From Lytechinus pictus (Eukaryota), in the NCBI RefSeq assembly GCF_037042905.1, contig NC_087263.1:15564001-15628000 (forward strand): 64,000 nucleotides of DNA. The letters are read 5' to 3'. This document shows positions 29,801 to 43,700 of this stretch, piece by piece. The translations under genes were made by a program, and so were the position numbers. How positions within the stretch are numbered: position 1 is the first letter of the stretch; every line of letters starts with the position of its first letter. The notes under the pieces are model-generated. The model worked only from the letters and a program-made list of their open reading frames with translations, did not search any database and was not told where the DNA came from.

Positions 29801-32800
29801 AATCTTGAATCTTTAGTTATTTACCATTCATGTTATATAATTTCTATTGAATTATTTGTCATGAAATATATTTTGTTTTTGTTTACAGTTATGCAAGTGA
29901 ATATTCATTGATTCATTATCTGAAAATGGTGATTAGCTGGAAATGAAAATAAATAAGTGAATAAAAATGTGAGTGGGTCTTGTAAGCAGCTTAGTGATTT
30001 GCAGAATTCTTCAGGCAATGGGTTAAAGCTTAGGCTTTCATAGATATGGGACAAGGAAACTAATCAATATACATGTAACGCCCAGCAATATTTCATGTAC
30101 AAAATTAATAGGATATGAGGTGAAAACCAACAATTCTGCAGAGACGGGGAAAAAAATTGCCGTCCTACTATCAAATTTTTAAGACTATTTCTCCAGAGTG
30201 TGATGCCATGAGGTTATCTGTGCCAATTTGATTGGGAATTTTTTTTTAATCGTAATAATAATAACAACAATAATACTCAATATTTATAAGATGCTTTTCC
30301 CACATGGCCCAAAGCGCTCACAATTTCAGTTAACTTATTTATACAAACAAAAATCAGAATGACATATTAAATGAAGGCAGTTGCCTGGAACAAAACAGTT
30401 TTAAGGGACTTCTTAAATGACTAAATTGTTAGGGAGTGTCTTATTGTGAGAGGGAGTTTGTTCCATTCCATTGAGGATGCAACGGTGAATGTTCTATCTG
30501 CGGTATGTTTTCTTTTGGTTGGATATGTTAGTGTAAGTGGGTCTTCAGAGGATCTAGTTCTTCTACCTCCTGGGACACAAATTTCTAAACAATCAGACAA
30601 GTATTTTGGGGCTAGGTTATAGAGTGATTTGTATACAAAAAAAGTAACTTACGGTAGCATACAGTAGCAGGCATGATTATTAACAGACATAGGGTGGCTT
30701 GTTGGTAAAAGGGGAATCCAGCCTTGGCCATAAAATGTTGTGTTGGGAAGGAGAAAAATAAATTACACAGAATGGTGAAAGTTTGAAAGAAATCGGACAA
30801 GCAATAAGAAAGTTATAGCTGCTTTAAAATTAGATCACTAATAGTATGTAGATTTCAAATTGGCAACTGGGTAAGTAAAATTATGACAAGTGGCATGGAC
30901 AACTTTCCCATAGGCCATGTTCTTTATTATCAGGGATTCCCCTGGGGCAGTAATCTAAATATAACCCAGGTAGTATATTGTTTAATGTCCTCATGAATGA
31001 AAAAAATAATTTGAAATAATTTTTTTTTGAAAAATGACATTTTAGCCATAATATGTATTGGAGTACATGGAAGAGTAGTCCTTGCCTTACATCACTATGA
31101 CATCCCATATGCAGCCAATTTGAAGTCTCCATGAGTATAGTGCTTACCAATATTTACAACTTTGTTTGTCCAATATTGTTCAAACTTTCACCTATCAACT
31201 TGTCTGATTTCTCTTTTTCTTATAAAAACAAGTTTTTATTTGGGTTGGATTCCCCTTTAAATTGTCCCTTGGTCTACACCCACTTCGCCCACTTTCTGTT
31301 TCGTCTCATACAACATGGTCTAATCCTTTTTGTCTACAACCATTTTGCCAACTAACCATTTGGTTTAATTGAAATTTAGCCCTGCGCCCTACCCAGGTGA
31401 GATGAATGGATAACCTGTAGAAATTTAATCAGTCCTTGAACGCTTTAGGGCCTGTACGATGGCTCGGCTACAGCCGGGGTAGTAGTAATATGATACCAAG
31501 TATCAAGTGCAGTAGAGTATATGCATATAGTAACTGCACTTTATAAACTGACCGTATTATCAATATTAAACACTTCTGCATTTTGCCATCCAAGCAACGA
31601 TATCTTGTCATTTTTCATTTTCTTTTGTATTTCTTTAGAACCTAGAATCATAAATCTTGAGCAAACCGGAAGAAATCTCAGGGTGTCCTGGGCTAACGAA
31701 TTTGGAGATGACATTCTGAAATACCAGCTGATCTACATCGAGGATGAGGTAGATGCTACTTCCATGTCTGTGTTTGTTGATCCAGGGGTTGCGCCATCGG
31801 TCAATCTTATGAGATTGCGACGGGGCCAAACATACACGTTTATTTTGACAGCCGTCCGACTCTCCGGGAACCGAGAACAGCTGGCTTCTACCTCATACAC
31901 TCTAAGTAAATCCATTTGATTCAATTCAGTTCATTTATTTGTCGAGTATGAAAAATACATAATGGATATCAGACAAATACCATGTAAATTGAACATGAAA
32001 ATTTTACCACTGACACCCAAGTCAAAAATGAAACTTTGGAACCCAAGAATTACCCTTCATTACAATGTTAGGGAAAATGCCGGATTATATGATACAACAA
32101 TTCACTAGGAAGGTTTTCTTTTAAGGAAACTCTTCCTCTTGACTTCTTGTAATTATTATTTTTTATTCAGTTTTATTTGTTATTTCCATCAACTTTCAGT
32201 AGGGGATTCAGTGGGGATTCTTTTATTTCATAATGTCTAGATGAGTTGTCAAATGTTGTCTTTTTTTTCCAAGTATAAACTGTAAACATAATACGGTGTG
32301 CTTAGAAATGCCCGTAGTAATCGCCTTTGTGAATATTATGTATCATTATTATTAATACTAATAATAAATAATCATACATATGATTTATATAGCGTCTTTT
32401 CCATTTTTATTAAATGCTCAAGGCACTTAGAAGAGAGCAAACAGAAAAGTAAAAAGAACTTAGAGAAGTACAAGAAAGGGTAAATTAGAAATGAGAAAAA
32501 ATGTCTGTCATCAAACCTAGTACCTGCTGGTGAACAAATGCAATTTTAGGTTGCCATTAAAGGATTTTTCAGAGTTATCATTATTATTACTATTATTATT
32601 ATTGTCCTATGTGATTCCCTTTTATCTGTCTTGATAGTATTGCTGCTATGCTAACGCAGAATGAAAACTATCCCATTGGATGAAGTTTTATGACAGCCAT
32701 ATTTTTCACTCTCATGGGGAGTGTTTCATGAAGAATCTTGTCATTCATGTCCACTGACCTATTTGCTTTTAGCCAATCAGATGCAAGGATTTCAGTAGCT

Positions 32801-35800
32801 TGGAACAAATACTCTGTGAAAGTCACTGACTATTTGTTTCATGAAATGCTCTCCAGAAGGTTGAGCTCTTTTGGTAGGCAGGACATTTATCTCCTCCACA
32901 GCATTATGCTTATTAAGCAACATTATTATTTTGTGTAGAGCCTTTTTGGTAGAACGTTGTATTCTCTTTTGGGCATGTGATTGGTCCTGAAAAGGACCAC
33001 TCAGGCGACTTGACCGTTGTGTTCTTTTCTTCAGGAGAATGGGCTTGGATCATTTTTTTCTGGACCAAATAGTTACCCACAGTAGAATAAATGCTGTAGC
33101 CTCTGTACTTATTCGTGCTTTGCCACGGAATCCTACAAAACTTACTCAAAGTATTCTTGTTTTGTCTTTTTTTTTTCGTTCAAAGCACCATCACGGCCAC
33201 AGTTCACTCTTTCCAGACCCTTCCCGTCCATCGTGAGATTCCTCGCAAGGCTCCTTGGTGGAAAATATAACTTCTTGCGTTTCAGGGTCGTGCTACGAGC
33301 CTCTCCAGCAGGGGCTGGCACGCCCATCAATATCGACGTCCAAGTCCCAGCTGATGCCTGTCCAGAAATAGAGCTCTCCGGTCTCATCCCTGACACCGAC
33401 TACCAGGTCACTTTCCTTGCAGAGTCCGGTGCTTCCTCAAGTGAACCTGAAATTGTAACATTCACAACGCGTGAGTTTGTTAACATATTATAAGTGTAGT
33501 ACAACATTTTACATTTACATGTTTGAGTAAAAGCACAGCTAGAATTAATACATGTAAATTTAGAATACGTGTCACTTATAGTAAATGTAGAACCGGGAGT
33601 AATTTTTGTCTCACCTGCATAGCAGAGTGAGACTATAGGCGCCGCTTTTCCGACGGCGACGGCGGCGGCGGCGGCGGCGTCAACACCAAATCTTAACCTG
33701 AGGTTAAGTTTTTGAAATGACAGCATAACTTAGAAAGTATATGGACCTAGTTCATGAAACTTGGCCATAAGGTTAATCAAGTATTACTGAACATCCTGCC
33801 TGAGTTTCATGTCACATGACCAAGGTCAAAGGTCATTTAGGGTCAATGAACTTAGACCATGTTGGGGGAATCAACATCAAAATCTTAACCTAAGGTTAAG
33901 TTTTTGAAATGTCATCATAACTTAGAAAATATATGGACCTAGTTCATGAAACTTATACATAAGGTTAATCAAGTATCACTGAACATCCTGCATGAGTTTC
34001 ACGTCACATGACCAAGGTCAAAGGTCATTTAGGGTCAATGAACTTTGGCCGAATTGGGGGTATCTGTTGAATTACCATCATAACTTTGAAAGTTTATGGA
34101 TCTGATTCATGAAACTTGGACATAATAGTAATCAAGTATTACTGAACATCCTGTGCAAGTTTCAGGTCACATGATCAAGGTCAAAGGTCATTTAGGGTCA
34201 ATGAACTTTGGCCAAATTGGGGTATTTGTTGAATTACAGCCATAAATTTGAAAGTGTGTTGGTCTAGTTCATAAAACTTGGACATAATAGTAATCAAGTA
34301 TCACTGAACATCCTGTGCGAGTTTCAGGTCACATGATCAAGGTCAAAGGTCATGTAAGGTCAAAGAACTTTGGCCACGTTGGGGGTATTTGTTGAATTGC
34401 CATCATATCTCTATAAGTGTATTGGTCTAGTTCATAAAACGTGGAAATAAGAGTAACCAAGTATCACTGAACATCTTGTGCGAGTTATAGTAGTTTTCAA
34501 AATCAGCACTGCTGCTATATTGAATCGCGTGATGCAGGTGAGACGGCCAGAGGCATTCCACTTGTTGTAGTAATAGAAGTGAGTAGTCTCAGTAATGGTG
34601 ATAATATTAGTAGTATTAGCAGTACAGTGGTACAAGTTTAAAAGTAGTGTTGTTTGTAGATTGAAGTAATAAAAGTTGTAACAGTTGTAGTAGCAGTAGT
34701 AGAAGTGTAAGTGCATGTAGGAGTAGAGGGAGTATTGTGATGATGGATGTAGTTCTTCTTAACAGTGAGTTTTTGCAACTACTAAACAAATGCTTTCTGG
34801 AACTTTGAGAATCTATTGTCAAAAAGCTCTTCATGACAAAACAGTCTTTTTCAAAAGTCAGTGAATCAAAATAGCAGTATCTTCCTAGATTCTGGAGGAA
34901 AATTATATTTGCATTTTTTTTGTCGGCTCTGAAGATTTCCTGAAAATTCCTGAATTTTCAATAGATTTACGAGTCTTGTACAATCCGTCCCCATTGCAAT
35001 TGTGAAAAGTCACTAGTAATTCTGTTAGTACATTGGAAGTCTCCCATTTGGGGGATTTGGGATTGCCCGGTTGCATGTTCTTCTTTTTCCTGACCATGAT
35101 TATTATTTTTTGGGCCATCTTGAAATATCAATGATTTTCACATCTTTTACAGCTGCGGTAACTGAACAAGGACAGCTGTCATTCGGCGAATTGACCTCAT
35201 CCGGTTTCACGGTGTTCTGGTCACCCTTTAATGGTCTGTCCACATACACACTGACCATTAATGGAGGAGATATTGTTGTCCCTGCGACAAGTGATCCGGT
35301 GCAAGCTTATGAATTCAGCAACCTAAGCCCAAGCACACTGTACACAGTCAGTCTGGCTCAGGGAGGGACGGATAACATCAGAACACGTACGTTTTCTTTT
35401 TATTACCCCAAGGTTGCATATTGGGTCCTCTTTTATTTTAATATGTAAAGTGATCCAGTGTAAGCCTGAATTTAGCAACTCAAGCTCAAGCACACTGTAC
35501 ACAGTCAGTCTGGATCAGGGAGGGACTGAAAACATCAGAACACGTACATTTTCTTTATATTACCCCAAGGTTGTATACTGGGTCCTCTTTTATTTATGTA
35601 AAGTGATGATCCAGTGTAAGCCTGAATTTAGCAACTCAAGCCCAAGCATGCTGTGAACATTCAGTCTGGCATAGGGGGGGACAGAAGCCATCAGAACACC
35701 TATTTCTTTCTCATTTTACCCCAAGGTTGCATGTTGGGTCCTCTTTTATTCATTTTGTATGTCAATGACTTATGTAATGTAATTCTTGTTTTTATCTCGC

Positions 35801-38270
35801 CTGCATAGCAGAGCGAGACTATCGGCGCCGCTTTTCCGAGGGCGGCGGCGTCGTCAACATTGAAATCTTAACCAAGGTTAAGTTTTTGATATGTCATCAT
35901 AACTTAAAAAGTATATGAACCTAGTTCATGAAACTTGGACGTAAGGATAATCAAGTATTACTGAACATCCTGCCTGAGTTTCAGGTCACATTACCAAGGT
36001 CAAAGGTCATTTAGGGTCAACGAACTTTGACCATGTTGGGGGTAGTTGTGGAATCGTCATCATAACTTTGAAATTTTATGAACCTAGTTCATGAAACTTG
36101 GACGTAAGGATAATCAAGTATTACTGAACATCCTGCCTGAGTTTCAGGTCACATTACCAAGGTCAAAGGTCATTTAGGGTCAACGAACTTTGACCATGTT
36201 GGGGGTAGTTGTGGAATCGTCATCATAACTTTAAAAGTTTATAGATCTAGGTCATAGAAACTTGGGACATAAGAGTAACCATGTATCCCTGAATATTTTG
36301 TGTGTGTTTCAGGTCACATGGCCAAAATCAAAGGTCATTTAGGGTCAACGAACTTTGATAATGTTGGGGGTATTTGTGGAATTGTCTTCATAACTTTAAA
36401 AGTTTAAACTTGGGACATAAGAGTAACCATGTATCCCTGAATATCTTGTGCTTGTTTCAAGTCGCATGACCAAAATCAAAGGTCATTTAGGGTCAACGAA
36501 CTTTGATAATGTTGGGGGTATTTGTTGAATTGGCATCATTACTTAAAAAGTTTATGGATCTACACATGTAGTTCATGAAACATAGACATAAGGGTAATCG
36601 AGTTGTTTTGCACATGTCTGAGGTCACATGATCATGGTCAAAGGTCATGTTGGGTAAATGGACATAGTATTTTATTATCATATGAGTGTTTTTTTTTTAT
36701 GAATAATTATTTAATAGTCTTTTTCAGAGTCAGCACTGCTGGTATATCAAATCGCGTAACACAGGCGAGACTGCCAGAGGCGTTCCACTTGTTTCCTTAT
36801 TAGTATTATACAATCACTTCACATTGTCATTTATAACTCTTTGAAATCAATAACTTGGTTATCTATTGATTTTTTTGTTTATCTTAACACTGGTCAAAGT
36901 GATAATGCTTAGGAACAACCTCCCACTTCCATTTTAGAATAATAAATTAAAACAATTGAAATTATTGTATAAGCAATACCTTCTTCATTCATTAAGCGAT
37001 CGATGCTCATTTTAATATTCCCTTTCTTTCTTCCCTTTTCTCTTAACCTGAGTGTTTATTTTTCTGCTTAAATCATCAAGGGAGAGGCAAAAAAATAAAG
37101 CTACCTTAAGGAGTGAGAATGGAAAGTTTATATTGATGTTAAAAAGATAGGATTGTGGGGGAATGTTTGAGTTCATACAGGCTTCCCACAGTCATGGAAA
37201 ATCCTGGAAAAATTTGTGGTCATGGAAAGTCAGGGAATTTGGAAAATTTGTGAAAAGTCAGGGAATTGCATTTACATGTACCTCTTGGCTATGGCAGCTT
37301 TCCAGTTTGTCGTGTCTCGCAACTCTCATACTCTGTGATCATACTCTGCTATTATGATTGGTGTTCATAATTTTCATTTTTCCCAGTTTTGTGGCATCCC
37401 AAATTCTATATAACTCCCGGGACATCACAGGAAGTCATGAAATGCAGCAATTTAGTCATGGAAAAGTCATGGAATTCTGTTTTCAAATTTTTGTGGGAAC
37501 CCTGTCATAAGATAAAGAATTTGATAATTGTTTCCTCACTCTAATTTTTTTTCTAATACACATAGGTCCCCATGCTCCTAGTTCCCTAGTGGCAACGCAG
37601 GTCTTGGACACCAGCATTCAGCTTTCATGGACCCATTCATTTGATAATAATGTTGCTAGATATGAGGTAGGTTGAGGATCATGATGGTGGTGGTGACAAT
37701 GGGTGATTTCAAGTCCGGTGTTGGCGTTGATGTTCACAAAATTTGGATTGCTTCCCCTAGCTCCAAAACCTATTCTGAGTTTGTAAAACTGATCCACGGT
37801 CCTGTGACACAAAGGTTAGCGATTGATAGTACGCTTGATTTTCTCGATTGATTGTACAGTATAGCCAATGCAATCAGTCGTAGAAAAATGTTCATCGATG
37901 ATTGCTAAGCTTTGTGTTACGTGCCCCAGATCACATTATTGACACCTCAACAACTAGTTAGTGACTTTTCAGGACCATCTTCATTTATGTTTGGTGTTAT
38001 ATTCCTGTCAAAATTGACCTAACACCAACACCAAAAGGTCAACACTGAACTTGAAATCACCCAATGGCATTGGCTATGGAGGAAGAATGATGATGCTTGT
38101 AATGACGAAGATGATAATGATGATGACAACTGACAATGATGGTGATGGTGATCTTTATGATAAGGATGATAAATAGATATGATAATATTGATGAAGATGA
38201 CCTCATTATTTTATAGTAATATTGCCAGATACGAGGTGGGTTATGGTGATGATGATTGTGATGATGATTG

Positions 38271-38301
<31 letters not shown>

Positions 38302-40699
38302 GATGATGACTGAGAATGATGGTAGTGATAAGGACAATTGTATGATGATGATGATGATGATTGTGATGATGATGACTGAGAATGATGGTAGTGATAAGGA
38401 CAATTGTATGATGATGATGATGACGATTGTGATGATGATGGTGATAAAGGTGATGATGATGACTGAGAATGATGGTAGTGATAAGGACAATTGTATGATG
38501 ATGATGATGATGATTGTGATGATGATGGTGATAAAGGTGATGATGATGACTGAGAATGATGGTAGTGATAAGGACAATTGTATGATGATGATGATGATGA
38601 TGATGATGGTGACAGTGATGGTGATGGTGATGATGGTGATGATGATGATGATGGTGATGGTGATGGTGATGATGATGGTGATGATGATGGTGATGATGAT
38701 GATGGCCTCATGGTGGACAGTAATGTTGCTAGATATGAAAAGGATGATCATATCGATGTTCATGATGGACAGGAGAGTAATAATGCTGATATGAAGATGA
38801 GGTGTTGGTAATGATAGTGATGATGGACACCATCCATGCCTCTGATAATGAGGATAATTGTATGATGATAATGATGAAAGAGGATGTTGATGATAAAGGT
38901 GTAATATCTATTATGATGATGATGAGTACAATCATCCCCAAAATGATGTTGGCGATAATGGTGGTGACGATCATGATAATATTGATGTTGATGATGGTAG
39001 TGATTATCATGATGAAAATGATGATGATGACAGTGACAATGATTAACTCTGATAAGGAAGATAATGAGGATTATATTGACAATACTAATGATTTTAATAA
39101 CCGTTTTGTCAATATCCTGTGGAGTTCTAGGATCTCAGTAGCTCATAAAAGTAAATTGGTGATATTCCCTAACAAATTGCATTTTACAGACATCCCCCTT
39201 GTAGTCCAGTTGCCTAATCAAAGGTGTAATGTTCTACTTTCGAGTTCTACGTTCTGCTTCTCAATCTCTTCTTTCGCAATCTCATACATCTAACAAACAA
39301 TACGGTCAGCGTTCTTTCTCTTATGCAGCTTCATTTATTTTGGAATAATCTCCTCCTACAAATTCGCAATGCTAACAGTGTTAATACATTTGAAGTTATG
39401 CTTAAAACTCATCTTTTTAAATCTTAAATTGATCTTATCATATGTTTATTGGCCCATTTGATGGTATTTCTTTATTCATGATCTGGTGAGAAAGTTGTAA
39501 ATTGTAATATTAGTTTTGATACATTTTGTTTTGCAAAGTATTTCAATTTCTATTTCCTGTATACTTCATTTTCCTTTCTCCTAACTGCTTAGAGGCAATT
39601 TTGCGATTTTGCGGTATATAAAATTGTTATTATTATTATTATTTTTTAGGATAAGAAAATAGTTATTGAAATATTAGTTGGAGCAGGTCCTTTCAGTTCC
39701 CTGTAATTTTAATCTCAGTGCTTGATCATATAACTGATTTCTCCACGAGATTGCATATCATAAGCGGCAAATAACCAATATGATCAATCTCCAGGCTTTG
39801 TGAGAACGGCCCTTTTGAAGTGTCTTTTTGTTCCATAAAGTGCATGTTGACGGGACACACCATCGATATCTTCACGCAAATACGCATACTTTTTACTTGT
39901 GGATGCTTTTGAACGCAGGCTGAAGCCTCTGTATCATATCCAAATTCTGTCTCCTCTTTTGGCTGCCTGGTTTACATCTCCAATTCTTATCCAGTCCTTC
40001 TCGAAGCTGTGGATAGTGGGTGCATTAAATTAATAAATCATTACTAAGACTATTCCCAGGTTTCCTTATTCTTCTGTAATGAAATTTCTCTTGTTTCTCA
40101 ATGACTGACTTTCGGATATAACATTTTGTATCATGAACATTGGTAGGCCCATGCACTTGACTCTTCTCTATATTCCGTCAATCCTTGGTTGTTAGATATG
40201 CTATTCGCCCGCTGAAGAGTCTGCCTCGCCCATTGCTGTCCCTGGAGGCAGGTCCACCAACCAATACACCCTGACGGGACTTGATCCAGACACCATATAC
40301 ATCATCAGCATTGCTGCGGTCACGGATAGCCCCGAAGTCAGGAGTGAAAAGCAAACAGTCTTTGCCACAACAAGTGAGTCACCAGGGCCCCATCTTTAAA
40401 AAGAGTTACGATTGATCCAATCAATCCCAAGTATATGGAAATCCATCACTGTCATACATTTTTCTTTAGGAAATTTGCTCAATGTCCTTTGTAAACAAAG
40501 AGAAGCACAGTTAATTTTCAAGAAAACGCTGAATATGTGAGCATACATCATTTTTAGAAAGTATATTGAAGAAACATGTATTTAGATGTTGCTGGCCTTC
40601 CATAGTTGCGATTGATGGGATTAATCGCAATTATTTGTAAGACATGCCCCAGGTTACTGTATACATTTTGATCTGATTGGTGTTGGAGTAGTAGTAGTT

Positions 40700-40732
<33 letters not shown>

Positions 40733-43700
40733 TTGAAGATTTTAGTGTAGGTAGGTATTTGGGTATTTATGATGAAAGTTTCGTGAATTTCATGTGAATG
40801 ATGTGTTTGATGTGATTGAATTCATGAAAAGTGTTCGGTAATACAATCCACTACTGTACCTTTATAGCAGGATTGCTGCTAAAAAACACAGCACAGATAT
40901 CTGACATTTTTCACAAATAATAAAGTAAATAATGCACAGTTGTGAGTGTACTTTATATCATTTATATATTTACAATATACAACAGGATGAAGCGGTTGCA
41001 CCATGTGCTTTTTCTAAATATGCATGCATCGCCACTAGCATCACAACTCTTTGTAAGATGGAGCCCAGGTTAAAATATGTTGAGACAGCCCATGGTAGTT
41101 TTGTTTTCTTGATAATTTTATCTGCGGAACTTTTTTCTTGTAGTTGCTGACACCACAATCCCCGTGGCCAGTAACTTCGAAGTCACCACCACCCAGGCCG
41201 CAGACCATGTCATTGTCTTGGGCTGGGATCTTCCTGAAAGATCAGCCTTCGACTTCTTTGAGGTGTCCTACACCCCCAACGTCGGCTCCCCGTCATCTCC
41301 TGTCAGACTGTCCAAGACCGCCACAAGTCTTAGCGTTATGAATGCCTTGGCTGATACAGTATATGAATTTGATTTAGTCAGCGTTCGAGATGAAGAGATG
41401 ACTGACCCACCTCTTACTGTCACAGGCCAAATAGGTAAACTTTACTCTATTTTACTTTCCTTTCATCTCACAATCCTTTAAGGAATATTCTTGTTCATGG
41501 ATCGAAAAGATTATAAATGAACAGCTCTATATTGTCAATTTCACGGGAGTATGTGCTTCAAGCAGAGAATTTTACAGTTTTACTGAGGTTATGATGTTAT
41601 TTCATTTCTGAATTGGCTTTCTAACAATATTTTCATACGAATTTAAGCCTTAAATTGGTCATGTTAAATTATGGAAGCAGCTTTGGCTTTTTGATTTTCT
41701 CAATTTTCTTGCCCATCAGGTGTTGCAAGAAATTTGCGATCAATTGCAAGTCTATTTTCGAGCCCCAAATCAATTATATGTCTTGAAATTGATTGCTAAT
41801 CTGCTTCTTGGATAAAGGTGCGCAATCTGATTTTCTACAGCTAAAACTGATAAAGCACTTGTAAAATTGCAACAGAATACATGTATTTTTAGTTGATTAT
41901 AAATACTTTGTGGCAACACCCCCTACATGTAAGTCTTCATCAAACATTGTTGGTTGTAAAGCATCCTACTTTCATCACAGCAGGCACAATAAGCTCTGTG
42001 CAGTCAATGGTTAAGTTCCTTGCATGTTTGGGATTGCAAAGTGTCCTCTGTGGCATTATGTGGTGCCCTCTTCCGGGAAAGACAGCGATTCTGCAAGGGA
42101 AAGTGTGGAACACCAAAACTGTATCGGTGTTCCTACTCATATCATTGTTTGGGAACTTTTGCACCTAGGGACACTTTTTCTTTCCTTTTTTTTTTTGTTC
42201 ACAGATGTCGATAACCTTATAGTTGTTATTGGAGAGAGGACAACCACATCTCTCGAGGTCTTGTGGGGTGAACGATTGGCTGTTGATGAGTACCAGGTCT
42301 CCTACGATGGGGCTCTCTTTGAAACTGTTGATGGGAATGATCCTAGAAGGGTCGTTATCACCGGTCTTTCTCCTGGAACAGAGTATACTGTGACTGTAGC
42401 GGGCATCGATGCAGGGGTTCCCGTTGCAACGGACACGGAGACAGCTTCCACATGTAAGTGCCTCCAAGGGTCTCTTTTAAAATAGTTTTATTTTACAAGA
42501 AATTATTGCCACAAAAAAGTAGACATACAGAAGGAAATACAAACTACTTTTTAAAGCTTTATTGGATACAATTTTGTACATCATATTCATTAATGTCAGT
42601 CAAAATTCTGATTTTTGGCCATCTGATTTTTTTAACAGGATAGAATGCCATCTTTCTAGAAATACATCTATATGGTGCACAATATATTGAGCTACCTTAT
42701 TGCTGTGTTGTTGAAATAGATGTAGATGTCTTGATTGTAGTCAATTAAACTTACCTATTAAATTTTATCATCAGCTTCAATACTTCAAAAATGGGGTCTT
42801 CTTCCTTCTTTTCAGGTGCTCAATGTATTTCAATAGAGAAGGGTATTAAAATGTATATGATTTTTTGCAGACCCGTCGGAAGATCAAACTTAGCTGTAAT
42901 GGCTACCCTGTGTAAATAAGAGCCAAGCTAGGAACCGTATTGTTCTATCAATATGCCATCTATATTACAGCTGAAGTGCATGATTGCACAAGATGTCTTA
43001 AATTATTGATAAAGTCATAGTGATGTTATGTACCTGTGATCACCGCACAAAGCAGCTTTTTGCACATTTTTTTGCACGTAACAGGCTTTTTTTGGTGTTA
43101 TTTGACCGGGGGAGGGGGGGTGAATCACCCCCCCCCCCCCTCCTTGAGATCTCAGCCGCCGCTTGTGCGAATGCGGTAAATATTGGCTTGCTAATAGTGT
43201 GGGATGTAATCTACAAGGTTGCATGGTTAATTTTTCCTAAATCATTTTTTTTGGATGAATTAATTATGCTAATTTATTTTTAAATCCTACTTTTTTGCTC
43301 TAATTCACTATAAAGAGCTTCTAGAAAGCTAATATTGGGTTTTAATATTTTTCATACCACTGATAACAATTACAAATCCAGGTTTGAGAAAGAATTTCTT
43401 ATATATTTTATTGTTTTATACATTTCTTATGTATTTCTCTGTTTTTCAACCTTTTGCTTTTCTTTGTTTTTTGCAAAATTTATAGCAGAACCTTTTTGAA
43501 GCATAATTATGCTAAAATTTATTGATTTCAGCTGATGAAAGTAAAAAAATAATCTCATCTTTATGAATAAGATGTGAAAATTGACTTTGTACACAAAATC
43601 ACATTTTGGAGCAATTTTGGGTCTGACATGCCCTTACGCAATGTTGCGTGATTTTCCAACTGCATACATGTACCTAGGCATTGTAAATTTGGTCTCAAAA

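Noticed and set aside
38206..39293. Met/Asp/Ile/Ser-rich ORFs
   Set aside because: Artefacts of the (GAT)n array.
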